Virus record (IMG/VR): IMGVR_UViG_3300047553_000365
Location: 64,001 to 128,000 of that record
DNA: 64,000 nt
Source of the DNA: a virus
Direction: 5' to 3' (one strand)
The number at the start of each line of letters is the position of its first letter. Positions within the stretch are counted from its first letter, which is position 1. Positions 44,632 to 54,355 of the stretch are shown here, piece by piece. The notes below the pieces were generated by a model, which was not told the origin of the DNA, did no database searches, and was given only the letters and a program-made list of their open reading frames with translations. Position numbers and translations under genes: made by a program.

Positions 44632-47082
44632 CTATTTTTTAAATGTCCATGCTGTCAATTTATCTTCAATGATTTCAGGAACTTCTTTTCCCTTCTTTTT
44701 TAAGTAAGCTCTATAATCCAATGACATACCCTTATTATATGAAATAGCCTTTATTACGGATTCTGGAACCTCTAAATCATGTTTCACTAGAAGCTTAGCA
44801 TATGAATATGATGAGAACGGGGATTTGTCTATAGTATTAACAATAATTTCAGGAACTTCTTCCCCCGTCTCAATTAAGAATTTTGCATAGTTATATGCTG
44901 GAAAAATTTCTTTGGAGATTTTATATAAGACATCATCAGCAACAGTCTTTCCCCTTTCTTTAAGGAACATGGCATACCTATAGGCTGTATTACTCCAACT
45001 CAAAATCGACTTAAGAATATTTTCGGGAATCTTTGGATCTATTGTTTCCTCATCTTCAGAAAAATGAGTGATACGTTCCGCAGCATCTTTAATAATCTGT
45101 GGAATTTCTTCGTGGTAGGATCTTAAAAAAATATAATAATACCTAGCACTAACTCTTGATTTAGCAATAGCATTTAAAAGTTTTTCAGGAACCTTTTCTC
45201 CATTTTCATATAATCTTTCTGCATATTTACGAGAGAATGCGGAGCTTTGTAGTAAAGCATCAAACATGTGTTCGGGAACTTCCTTTCCCAATCCTCTCAT
45301 ATATAATATGTAATCATAAAGAACCCAAACATCTCCTTGTATGCCATTTAATATTTGGTCGGGAATTTTCTGGGGGGCGTTATCTTTAGACTCAGTGACT
45401 GGAGAAGATCCCACAATGCGAAGATTGTCAAGAGAGTTCTTCCAAGAAGAGGTAGGGTTATTTACCCAACGGCGTGCTGCCTGTATAATAATTTCTGGTA
45501 TCTCCAACTCTTTCTTCATTAAAAAATCTATATAATAATCTATACTTGCAGGATGCTTTGTAATTCCTTGTAAAACTTTTTCGGGAACCTCCACCTTTAA
45601 TACCGTCTGTAAATGTTGGGCGTATTTACGAGATAGGGTAGAAGAGTCATCTACAATACAGTCCACAATATTTTCAGGAACCTCCTTCCCCAAATCTGTC
45701 ATAAATATAGCATACTCATAAGCTTTTTGAGGACTTTTGATGATAGCATCCATTATCTTTTGTGGAACTTTTTTATCTGTGGATTCTTGAATTGATTCGA
45801 CACTTTCTTCTACACATGCCTTCCTAATAATTTCAGGAACTTCCTCTCCTTGATCCTTTAAGAAACTAGCATACTCTCTACTATAATAAGTATTTGTAGT
45901 AATAGCCTTTAAAACAATTTCAGGAACTTCCTCTCCTTTAATTATAAGATATGTTGCATAATAAAAAGAATATTGTCTTGATTCTGATATACTCTTCAAT
46001 ATTCTCTCAGGAATCTCTTTCTTTTTCTCTTTTAAAACTCTTGCGAATTGGTAAGAGTATTCTGCATCATTTTCAATACTATCTAAAATAATACTAGGAA
46101 CTTCTGAATTATGTCGAATAAGCTTTGAAGCATAAATAAATGCATGTGATGCAAGTTCGGCTATTCCCTCTAAAACATCTTGCGGGGTTTCCTTCGCTCT
46201 TCCTATATTTATAAAATATTCTCCGCATTTCAAAGCATAATAGGTATCCTTTGACACAGTGTTTAATATCTTTTGTGGAATCTCTTTATCTGTGGATTCC
46301 CTAACTATTACATCCCTTACCTCCTCAGACTCCTCAGATGCTGTCGCCTTCATTATAATTTCAGGAACTTCTAAATTATGAATCGTTAATCTTCTTTTAT
46401 ATGCCGCCGCATATACAGAATTGGTAGCTAAAGTTTTTGTGATTGTATCAGGAACACTCTTGTTATAAACAATCAGTTTTTCGACAAATGCTAAAGAATT
46501 AGCTAAACTTTTGGCAATACTATCAACAATAGCCATTGGAATATCACTAACATCTGCTCCCGAATGTAGTAGATAGACCGCAAGGTAACGGGAATTATTG
46601 GTATCTTCCGAAATTCTATTTATAATATGTTCGGGGACTTCTTTCTTTCTATCAATTAATATTTCCGCATAGTCGCAAGTCGTTGAAAATTCTCTCATTA
46701 TACTATTTTCGACTTCTTTAGGCACAGCCTTATCTTTTCTTACCAAGCGTTTTGCAAAAGCAAACGCATAATAAGAGGATTCCAACATTTTTTTAAACAC
46801 TTTGGTAGGAATTTCTAATTCCATATTCATACAATCGACAGAATACTCGTATGATGAATCGTGTGCTCTTGCAATGGAGTTAATAATAATATCAGGAACC
46901 TCCCTTTTTAACTCTAGCAATGATGATGCATACACATGTGACCCACCGTGACTATGAGAAATTTTTTCCACTATATCATCGGGAACTTCTTGTCCTTTAG
47001 TCAATAATAGACGAGCATACTCAACAGTGAGTGCATAACTAGAAAGAATACTCTTAAGAATTTTATCAGGCAGTTTTTTCAT
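44632..47082 (-). CDS. Helical tandem-repeat protein (~25-aa VPE.I...I......Y.YA..L...G.E units)
   Basis: About 30 repeats; the DNA repeat atttcaggaactt recurs at ~44672, 44847, 45830, 45917 and 46359. Confidence 0.8.
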   Translation of the reverse strand: MKKLPDKILKSILSSYALTVEYARLLLTKGQEVPDDIVEKISHSHGGSHVYASSLLELKREVPDIIINSIARAHDSSYEYSVDCMNMELEIPTKVFKKMLESSYYAFAFAKRLVRKDKAVPKEVENSIMREFSTTCDYAEILIDRKKEVPEHIINRISEDTNNSRYLAVYLLHSGADVSDIPMAIVDSIAKSLANSLAFVEKLIVYNKSVPDTITKTLATNSVYAAAYKRRLTIHNLEVPEIIMKATASEESEEVRDVIVRESTDKEIPQKILNTVSKDTYYALKCGEYFINIGRAKETPQDVLEGIAELASHAFIYASKLIRHNSEVPSIILDSIENDAEYSYQFARVLKEKKKEIPERILKSISESRQYSFYYATYLIIKGEEVPEIVLKAITTNTYYSREYASFLKDQGEEVPEIIRKACVEESVESIQESTDKKVPQKIMDAIIKSPQKAYEYAIFMTDLGKEVPENIVDCIVDDSSTLSRKYAQHLQTVLKVEVPEKVLQGITKHPASIDYYIDFLMKKELEIPEIIIQAARRWVNNPTSSWKNSLDNLRIVGSSPVTESKDNAPQKIPDQILNGIQGDVWVLYDYILYMRGLGKEVPEHMFDALLQSSAFSRKYAERLYENGEKVPEKLLNAIAKSRVSARYYYIFLRSYHEEIPQIIKDAAERITHFSEDEETIDPKIPENILKSILSWSNTAYRYAMFLKERGKTVADDVLYKISKEIFPAYNYAKFLIETGEEVPEIIVNTIDKSPFSSYSYAKLLVKHDLEVPESVIKAISYNKGMSLDYRAYLKKKGKEVPEIIEDKLTAWTFKK

Positions 47083-48403
47083 CGTCCAAAGAATAAAGAA
47101 TTTTTACATATTCAAACGATGTGTGAGGATCTTGGGCGATCATATCGATAATCTTTTCAGGAACTTCTCTTCCAACTTCCATATGATCTTTGGCTATCTT
47201 CAAACCAGTTTCTGGTTTTCCGTGTCTTGTAACACTTTGAATATACCAGTCATAATCATTTTTATCGGCATATTTTCTGAAAGTATCTCTACTCACATAC
47301 CCCCCGATGCCCATATATTTTTTAACCAAATCCTTCTTAGAATTTATATCGATAGGTAATTTATCCCAAGCACTATCCTCAACATCTTTTCCTGTTTGAA
47401 CAAACATGTCATAGTCTTCATACTCCGTCAGTCTTGGATCTAAAATATCCTCAATTCTTTCTTCGATATCCCTATATTTCTTTTCATTCTCTCCATATTC
47501 AATGAATTTAAATACATCCTTATCAAATGCATCTTTTAGCATAGGGTATTTTTCTATGACCGATTCCTTTGGTAGATTATATGCATCTCCTGTTTGTCTT
47601 CCAGTTTTTGAATCGACATTAGTATATGCATATTCATCATCTGCACCATACTCATCACCATGAGAATCAATAACTACAAATGGAAACTTGTCTCCCTTAT
47701 TAAAGGCAAAGTATGTGGTCATACCAGAACTCTTCATTCCTTTAAATCTATATCTCCAATAGTAATTGCTTCTTCTATCTCTTTCAGAAATACATAAGTT
47801 GGTTCCTTTGCCTAAAAGTTGACACATCACCATACTATCTCCCAGATAAATTTCAATTTGACCATTATCATACACTAACTTATCCTTTGGTTTTTCAGTG
47901 ACTTCAGTAGGGTCTTCTTTACTTTGTTTATTTTCTGGACGAACATATTGCTGGTGAATCTTCTCAACAAGTTCAGTGGCCTTGGTATTAAGAAAGTTAA
48001 TCTTCTCCTGTTTTTTCTCTGGAGTGTACAGCCTACCTTGTTTGATACCATTCTTAACATCGTTTGCCCATTTACTTAAAGTTTTATTTCTATAGAGAGA
48101 TGGAGTATCACAATAATTATTATACTCTGTTCTTATGGCTTCAAGGGTTGGAACTACTTGTGTTGCCAATGCTAAGAATGCCAATCCGACAATATCATAG
48201 TCTGTTTTAGCTTCTTGGTTTCGAACGCTATTATATACACTCTCAATTTGAGCTAATGCTTGCTCTGCATCATTGACATGGACAGATCCTAAAATCTTTC
48301 TGGCTTCAGCCCTAAAGGATTGATAATCCTCTACAACTAGCTCCGAATAATCCTCCAAAAGCTCAGAATAAACCTTCTCAAACAAATTTAACCTTTTCTT
48401 CAT
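47066..48403 (-). CDS. Putative internal head protein; N-terminal partner of the repeat protein
   Basis: TAAATA-N5-ATG start (MKKRLNLFEKVYSELLE); ends with one copy of the repeat unit and a stop 3 codons after an A6 run. Confidence 0.7.
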   Translation of the reverse strand: MKKRLNLFEKVYSELLEDYSELVVEDYQSFRAEARKILGSVHVNDAEQALAQIESVYNSVRNQEAKTDYDIVGLAFLALATQVVPTLEAIRTEYNNYCDTPSLYRNKTLSKWANDVKNGIKQGRLYTPEKKQEKINFLNTKATELVEKIHQQYVRPENKQSKEDPTEVTEKPKDKLVYDNGQIEIYLGDSMVMCQLLGKGTNLCISERDRRSNYYWRYRFKGMKSSGMTTYFAFNKGDKFPFVVIDSHGDEYGADDEYAYTNVDSKTGRQTGDAYNLPKESVIEKYPMLKDAFDKDVFKFIEYGENEKKYRDIEERIEDILDPRLTEYEDYDMFVQTGKDVEDSAWDKLPIDINSKKDLVKKYMGIGGYVSRDTFRKYADKNDYDWYIQSVTRHGKPETGLKIAKDHMEVGREVPEKIIDMIAQDPHTSFEYVKILYSLDDEKTA

Positions 48404-48419
48404 ATCTATATTTACCTTT

Positions 48420-50213
48420 TTAGCCAAAAATCCTTTTCATTGCATCCCATTGATCCGGTGTAAATGTTCTACTTTGGTCAATATGTGGCATGGTCCCCTG
48501 TAATAGTTCCCATCCATCTGCCTTAAGTTGCTCAATTTCGTTCATTTGTTCCGTTCCACCCCCGAAAACTATGGGGGCTAGACGGGATTGCTCAATTCTT
48601 TCAACCTTTTCGTTAGAATAGATAGAAGTGGCGTTTTCAAAGTAGGATATTCCTAGATCTAGGGGGGTTATCTTTTTGGGCTTTCCACAGCTATCAGTTT
48701 CCTCAATAGTAAACCATCTTTCACAAAGATCCTTATCTAGAACCATTAAAGCCCAAATTAGTGCCATGGTTCTATCGTCATGTTTTCCTGAGATGGCTCC
48801 CCAAGAATCGTTTGGTAACTTTACAAAGTGTTTAAACAATTCTTCCAAAGAATCCTCATTTCTAAAGATAACAGCCCCCTTATCATTATAATAATAGCGA
48901 GCATTGGCACAAGCATAGTATTTAGTATTGCGCGAAGATACCATACCGAACAGTTCAAGATTCTTACGACCTGCTAGTTTAGACCCCCAATTTACCATCT
49001 TAGGATAACCATAGTCGTTACCTAATCTGTCTGCCACTTGCCCCCCTTGGTTGTTTCTTTCCACACAAACTAATGGATTGCCCCAATGTTGTAGAATGTC
49101 ATACACAATGTTTGAAAATTCCGATACAGGAGTATCATTACTATAATATTCCGCAACTTCAATAATTTCATCTAAGTCAGTAATATCTACTATCTTAATA
49201 ACAGAATAGTCTCCTCCCACCCCTTCTCCAACGTCTACACCTGCTACATAAATTCTGTCTGGATTTGGTAAATCCCAAATCTTATATTTTCCATCCATTA
49301 AAATTTCCTTGGGTTCTCTAAGTTCTCCCCTCAATCTTTTATATAGATCTTCATCAAGAGAGGATGTTCCTGAATTGATAAATTCACATTCATATTCCTG
49401 TCTCCACTTTTCTTCAGATGCAAGACCACTTCTAATCTTCTTGGCCCATGTTTCTGTTCTACCGGGAACTTCATTCCAAATAATCTTATCATTAACCCAT
49501 CCGTTTTTGCCCTCTAATGACCCAGAATATAACTCATGGAATAGATTTCCTGTTCCATTTGGCGTAGAACAGATAAAGATCTTACCGTCTGGAATGGAAG
49601 ACACAATGGGGAACACCGATGCCCAGAATGGGTCCATAAGGTGTTGCTCAATGAATGCAGCTTCGTCAATAACTAGAATGTTACAAGCCTTACCACGGGC
49701 TGCTGTTCCTGTTGTGGTTGAGATTTCAATTCTAGAACCATTCTCCAGACCCATAGAGGTTTTACCATATCCCCCGAATCCTTCATCAATTGGAGACTTG
49801 ATCCAGTTAGGCATTAATTCATATGCCATTCTTATTCTAGTAAAGATTTCAATTGCAGTTGATTCTTTGTTAGCAACCAACAGAATCTTGTTGTCATTAA
49901 AGAACATGGCTACCCATAATAGATAGATGGTCATAAGTGTGGACTTACCCACCTGACGACTTGCTAGAAGAATAAAGTAAGGATTGTTCCTCATCTTTTT
50001 TAATATTCTTTTCTGTGCTTTATATAACTTAATCTTTTCTTTTCCCTTACCCGGTATTAAAATAAAGAAGTAATTCTCTGCAAAGTGTAATATATCATTC
50101 TTACACTTATCTATCTCTTTAACCATTTTTGGGGTGTATTCGAATTCTGCTCCCTTGGAAGGAACATTCGGATTACCCATATAAAATTTTTCTTTTTTAG
50201 GATTTTGAGCCAT
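48420..50213 (-). CDS. terL: Terminase large subunit (gp17)
   Basis: LASRQVGKST, LVIDEAAFI, STPNG, WRQEYECEF, GVDVGEGVGGDYS and HDDRTMA motifs. Confidence 0.96.
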   Translation of the reverse strand: MAQNPKKEKFYMGNPNVPSKGAEFEYTPKMVKEIDKCKNDILHFAENYFFILIPGKGKEKIKLYKAQKRILKKMRNNPYFILLASRQVGKSTLMTIYLLWVAMFFNDNKILLVANKESTAIEIFTRIRMAYELMPNWIKSPIDEGFGGYGKTSMGLENGSRIEISTTTGTAARGKACNILVIDEAAFIEQHLMDPFWASVFPIVSSIPDGKIFICSTPNGTGNLFHELYSGSLEGKNGWVNDKIIWNEVPGRTETWAKKIRSGLASEEKWRQEYECEFINSGTSSLDEDLYKRLRGELREPKEILMDGKYKIWDLPNPDRIYVAGVDVGEGVGGDYSVIKIVDITDLDEIIEVAEYYSNDTPVSEFSNIVYDILQHWGNPLVCVERNNQGGQVADRLGNDYGYPKMVNWGSKLAGRKNLELFGMVSSRNTKYYACANARYYYNDKGAVIFRNEDSLEELFKHFVKLPNDSWGAISGKHDDRTMALIWALMVLDKDLCERWFTIEETDSCGKPKKITPLDLGISYFENATSIYSNEKVERIEQSRLAPIVFGGGTEQMNEIEQLKADGWELLQGTMPHIDQSRTFTPDQWDAMKRIFG

Positions 50214-50243
50214 TATAATACTATTTAAGCTAAATAATGGTAT

Positions 50244-51074
50244 ATGAAACATAAAGATTCAGTCTTACTAGGTGATATCTATGGAAAAATGCTTAATGGC
50301 ATTAAACAAAATATCAAAGAATCCAATAAAAGCGCATTTGAGGAAAAACCTGATGTTGTAGGGGATGGTCCTAAGACTGACGGGTTTCATGAAGCATTAA
50401 ATGATGAAAAGGGTTGCACTTGTAAAAAAGATGGAAAAGAGTGTAAATGTAAGGAAGAAGACGAAGAAATTTCACTGAAAAAGAAAAAAATTAACATCGA
50501 AAAGGTAAATAGTATTATGAGCAAATCAGCATTTGACAAAATTTATAGTAAGTTACTCAAAGAAAACTTTGGAGTAGAAGATCAAGACGTGGATGCCCTT
50601 GGCCTAGACGATGCAACCCCAGATTCCGAATTTGATTTTGGAGACGAAGGTGGTGACGACCTAGGGGAAGAAGGTGACACTGTTACCCTAACCCTCGACA
50701 AAGCTACTGCACAAGCCCTTGTGGATGTTCTACAAGCCGCTCTTGGTGGTGGAGAAGAAGAGGGTGACTTAGGCGAAGAAGGTGATGACCTAGACTTCGG
50801 TGGCGAAGGTGACGGATTCGGAGACGAAGAACCATCCTTTGAAGAAGACGAAGAAGAAGGAACCAAGGAAGCTCCTAAGAAGAACTTCAGCAAGCTACAA
50901 GGTAAGGACAACAAGGTTGGAGCAAACCCAAAACCAAAGGGTGGTTCTGCTAAGACCGATGTGACTGACGAAACTGGAACTAAAGTTGGAACTCCTCCAA
51001 TTGCCGCCCTACAAGGTAAGAATAACCAAGTTCCCGGTTCTACCATCAAAAAAGCATCTGATTATTTCCAATAA
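50244..51074 (+). CDS. Acidic prohead core/scaffold-like protein with nested in-frame start at 50517
   Basis: Gly/Asp/Glu low-complexity middle and basic tail; two TAAATA-preceded in-frame ATGs. Confidence 0.6.
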   Translation: MKHKDSVLLGDIYGKMLNGIKQNIKESNKSAFEEKPDVVGDGPKTDGFHEALNDEKGCTCKKDGKECKCKEEDEEISLKKKKINIEKVNSIMSKSAFDKIYSKLLKENFGVEDQDVDALGLDDATPDSEFDFGDEGGDDLGEEGDTVTLTLDKATAQALVDVLQAALGGGEEEGDLGEEGDDLDFGGEGDGFGDEEPSFEEDEEEGTKEAPKKNFSKLQGKDNKVGANPKPKGGSAKTDVTDETGTKVGTPPIAALQGKNNQVPGSTIKKASDYFQ

Positions 51075-51101
51075 GAAATAACCAATAACAATCAACCATT
51101 A

Positions 51102-51128
51102 AAGCTCACCATTCGGTGGGCTTTTTTG
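51102..51128 (+). terminator. Rho-independent terminator
   Basis: agctcacc-attc-ggtgggct stem followed by a T run. Confidence 0.8.
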
Positions 51129-51141
51129 TTAAATAGATATA

Positions 51142-51465
51142 GTGAAATCTTTCAAACAGTTCTTTTTAGAGTATCGTCACAATCTTGCTGATGGAACTCC
51201 TGCACCATCTCTTCAGGCACACAACGGTAAGAATCCTAACAGAGTTCAACCGGGAAAGAGTCTTGCCACTAGGGGAGAGTATAAAAAGGACAATCCTAAG
51301 ATGAATGTTCCCGGTAGTTTATTATCACCAGTTGAACTAGCAGATATGGGTATTGAATACGAACACGGTAAGATTCTTCAAAATGTTAAGAATAGCGGAT
51401 TCGGTATTGAAATGGTAAGTATTGGTGGTAAACCAATGGGAAGAGTTTTCAAGAGTAATAAATAA
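51142..51465 (+). CDS. Putative internal head protein (capsid-targeting leader)
   Basis: MKSFKQFFLE resembles the T4 IP capsid-targeting sequence MKTYQEFIAE. Confidence 0.6.
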   Translation: MKSFKQFFLEYRHNLADGTPAPSLQAHNGKNPNRVQPGKSLATRGEYKKDNPKMNVPGSLLSPVELADMGIEYEHGKILQNVKNSGFGIEMVSIGGKPMGRVFKSNK

Positions 51466-51470
51466 AGTAT

Positions 51471-52250
51471 ATGGGATGCTCCACAACACCAGCTTCATGT
51501 CTAGCACCAGTAAATATATTTGCTGGTCTATATAACTATTGTGAAGGGTTCGCAGATCCCTCAAATTTTCAAGCAGAAAGAGCAATCTTTGGAAACAACT
51601 TCAGAGAACAGATTTATAAGTATGGGGTTGATGTAAATTACTATGTTAATGGATTTAATCTATCTGCCATGAACATGCTTTATGGAGAACACCCATTACA
51701 GGAGTATTCTGGTCCATTCGCAATTAAAGCACTTATTGAATTGGAAGAAGGTGTTAGTATAACACAATGGGGTATGGCATCAGAAGATGAAGTGACTGCA
51801 TATATCGCCATTCAAGATTTCGCAGCATTATCTGCATTGTCTGCTAGTGCATGGATCAACAATGGTCAAAGATATGAACCTAAAGCAGACGACTTAATGG
51901 AAATCACTGCTCTGGGTTGTGATAGACCGGGAAATCGTGGAGCTAAAATCTTTGTTATTACAGAAGCATTGGATCAAAGTATTCAAGATGGTATCAATCC
52001 TGTCATGGGTCACTATGTATGGAAATTGACTGCTAAACGCTACGAAACATCTATGGAAACAAATGCTCCAATGGAACTTGGAAACGATCAGGTTTACGAC
52101 AATCTGTTGAGTGGAAAACTATCATCTATTCTCTATCCATCACTTACATCAGATGCGAAAGTCTACGATGATGACGCAGATACTATCAGTAGAACACAAG
52201 TCTACGATATGGACAATACCAATAATAGTGTTTACGGTAACTATTATTAA
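51471..52250 (+). CDS. Neck/head-closure protein (gp14-like)
   Basis: EQIYKYGVDVNYY, LYGEHPLQEYS, P...DL and YVWKLTAKRYE patterns. Confidence 0.75.
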   Translation: MGCSTTPASCLAPVNIFAGLYNYCEGFADPSNFQAERAIFGNNFREQIYKYGVDVNYYVNGFNLSAMNMLYGEHPLQEYSGPFAIKALIELEEGVSITQWGMASEDEVTAYIAIQDFAALSALSASAWINNGQRYEPKADDLMEITALGCDRPGNRGAKIFVITEALDQSIQDGINPVMGHYVWKLTAKRYETSMETNAPMELGNDQVYDNLLSGKLSSILYPSLTSDAKVYDDDADTISRTQVYDMDNTNNSVYGNYY

Positions 52251-54355
52251 TCTATCAATGATAGAGATTTATACAGGGTATTGATAAACATATTATCATA
52301 GATTCCGCCATCAACAATTAAGTCATTCTTACTTACAGTAGAAAGTATTGTTGTTCTTGTGTTGTAGAAGTCTGCAACAACATCCATTATGGTATTATCA
52401 TATCTTTCATTGATTGTGAAGAAAATATAATACTTACCAACATCTGCAAAATCAAACACACCGGGAAGAACCAATGGCCATCCCCAATCAGTTGAATATG
52501 CTGATAATGCATAGTGGAAAGCAGACATTGCTGATACAGGTTGATATGTATTCAGTCTTGTATATTTGTTGCTGAACTTTTCTAGAGCTACAATATCAGT
52601 TCCCGCAGACACAATGTATGTGGCAGTATCAATTTGACTGCCTAGGTTTAAACCATACTTAGTTCTTTCAGCCAATCCTTTAGTGTCAAAATTATCAGCA
52701 AATTTATTCGATGTTCCAAACAATCTATTCTTATCGATTGATAGTAGGTCTAGAAGTCTCTTGATCTTTTCAGGATACACATACTTCTCTTCATTCTTAT
52801 CATTGTATCCAATGTTTTGACATAGAGATTCTAATGCTTCCAAGGTGCATCTATCAACATCCGATGCATTATCCACAAAGTTTGCTATACGCTCATATAC
52901 CTTCAGACCAATAGCATCATGATCGGCATTCTCATCTCCCAGAATTCCCGCGAAAAAGTCATCATAGAGTTTAGTGCTTTCAAGAATAATTTCTTGGAAG
53001 GTAATGTCTCTTAGAGTTTGAGTAGCATCAAAATTTTCATTTATCTTATACAGATCATAATAGTTGTCAGGATAGACACTGAATGGTGTGGACTTGGCAC
53101 TTAAGTAATAGGAACTAGTGTCCGTGGTCAATGTGGTGTTGGCATACATCACAACATTTTCAAGAACACTGTCAGACTCAGTAAACAGAATATACCCTCT
53201 AAATGACGACCCATGATTTTGTGCAGAAAGAGTAGTATTTAAAGAAGAAATTGTGTATAGAGTAGTGTCGATTGCACTTAGAGGATTCCAGCTACCATCA
53301 ACTGCTGATAGGCTTATATTGAGAGCAGACAATTCAAGATTGTCGAAATTCTTTACTGAATACCACTCAGCATCCTTCATCTTAATAACGAATGGAATTT
53401 TAGTGTTGTATAATTTGATTGGATTTATCTTAAACGATGAAATTGCGTATCCTTCACCATCCAACCCATTAGAGGTTATGGATAGAGAGTATGGTTCATT
53501 TTCCAGAACATTAACAAGAGTAGTTATACCAAGATTATTGATAAAGTTTTCCGAAGAACTACCCTTAGAGTTATATCCTGTTTTATCGAATTTAAAGGTG
53601 ATGCCCAATTCATCTTTTGGTTGGTCATCTTTAAAGTATACAGATTTGGTCCCTGTCAATCCAACGAAGAATGCACCATCATCACTAGACTTACAAATAA
53701 CAATTTGGTTTCCATCTATCTTAGCAAATATACTGGTAGTCTCTGGAATAATTTTTTCCACATGTCTGTATTGATAACTACTAATTGCATAGTTATAAAT
53801 CTTATCATAAAAACTATAGGTATTATCTAGGTGAGCATATTTATTGGTTTCCAAATCTACATAATTATCACTAGAACTTCCGCTTACAGTATAATACAGA
53901 TTTAGTGCAGTTTGGTAATAAGGATATGTAACGGTGAAAACAAATGGTCCTGAAATTTTACCATTTTTGAAGACTATAGGATTTGTGTTGGCTGAGAGTG
54001 CTGGTAATTCGTTTCCATACACATCATACTTGCTATACACATCCAAATCAAATGTAAGTGGTTTAAAATCTATGACCACAATATCTTTTTCAAATGTCGA
54101 CTTGAGTGCATTGTTATAGCAATCATATACAATCATTTGAACAGTATACTTACCCGGATAAGTGTAGAACTTATATGCGGAAGTTGATCGAGAAATGGTT
54201 CCATCACCAAAGTCCCACACTACTCTATTTTTCTTCTCTTCGAAGATATTAAATTCTGGAACAAACAATAGGGGAGTGCTGGATAAAGCATAAGTTGACA
54301 ATACCTCACTATCGGTATAGTCCATAACCCTAAAGTCTGTAAATGTAGTTCCCAT
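52247..54355 (-). CDS. PKD-domain virion/baseplate protein
   Basis: VWDFGDGT..YTYPGKYTVQM PKD motif; directly downstream of gp6. Confidence 0.7.
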   Translation of the reverse strand: MGTTFTDFRVMDYTDSEVLSTYALSSTPLLFVPEFNIFEEKKNRVVWDFGDGTISRSTSAYKFYTYPGKYTVQMIVYDCYNNALKSTFEKDIVVIDFKPLTFDLDVYSKYDVYGNELPALSANTNPIVFKNGKISGPFVFTVTYPYYQTALNLYYTVSGSSSDNYVDLETNKYAHLDNTYSFYDKIYNYAISSYQYRHVEKIIPETTSIFAKIDGNQIVICKSSDDGAFFVGLTGTKSVYFKDDQPKDELGITFKFDKTGYNSKGSSSENFINNLGITTLVNVLENEPYSLSITSNGLDGEGYAISSFKINPIKLYNTKIPFVIKMKDAEWYSVKNFDNLELSALNISLSAVDGSWNPLSAIDTTLYTISSLNTTLSAQNHGSSFRGYILFTESDSVLENVVMYANTTLTTDTSSYYLSAKSTPFSVYPDNYYDLYKINENFDATQTLRDITFQEIILESTKLYDDFFAGILGDENADHDAIGLKVYERIANFVDNASDVDRCTLEALESLCQNIGYNDKNEEKYVYPEKIKRLLDLLSIDKNRLFGTSNKFADNFDTKGLAERTKYGLNLGSQIDTATYIVSAGTDIVALEKFSNKYTRLNTYQPVSAMSAFHYALSAYSTDWGWPLVLPGVFDFADVGKYYIFFTINERYDNTIMDVVADFYNTRTTILSTVSKNDLIVDGGIYDNMFINTLYKSLSLID

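Noticed and set aside
44632-47082. DNA repeats as CRISPR-like or DGR template/variable repeats
   Set aside because: The repeats are degenerate, in frame and explained by the protein repeat; there is no reverse transcriptase in the window and no adenine-specific mismatch pattern was noticed.
48420-50213. Intein or intron in terminase large subunit
   Set aside because: Length (~597 aa) and continuous motif order match an uninterrupted gp17; no splice-junction motifs seen.
50582-51049. 155-aa Ser/Pro-rich minus-strand ORF
   Set aside because: It is the reverse complement of the GAA/GGT/GAC-rich acidic region of the plus-strand gene.
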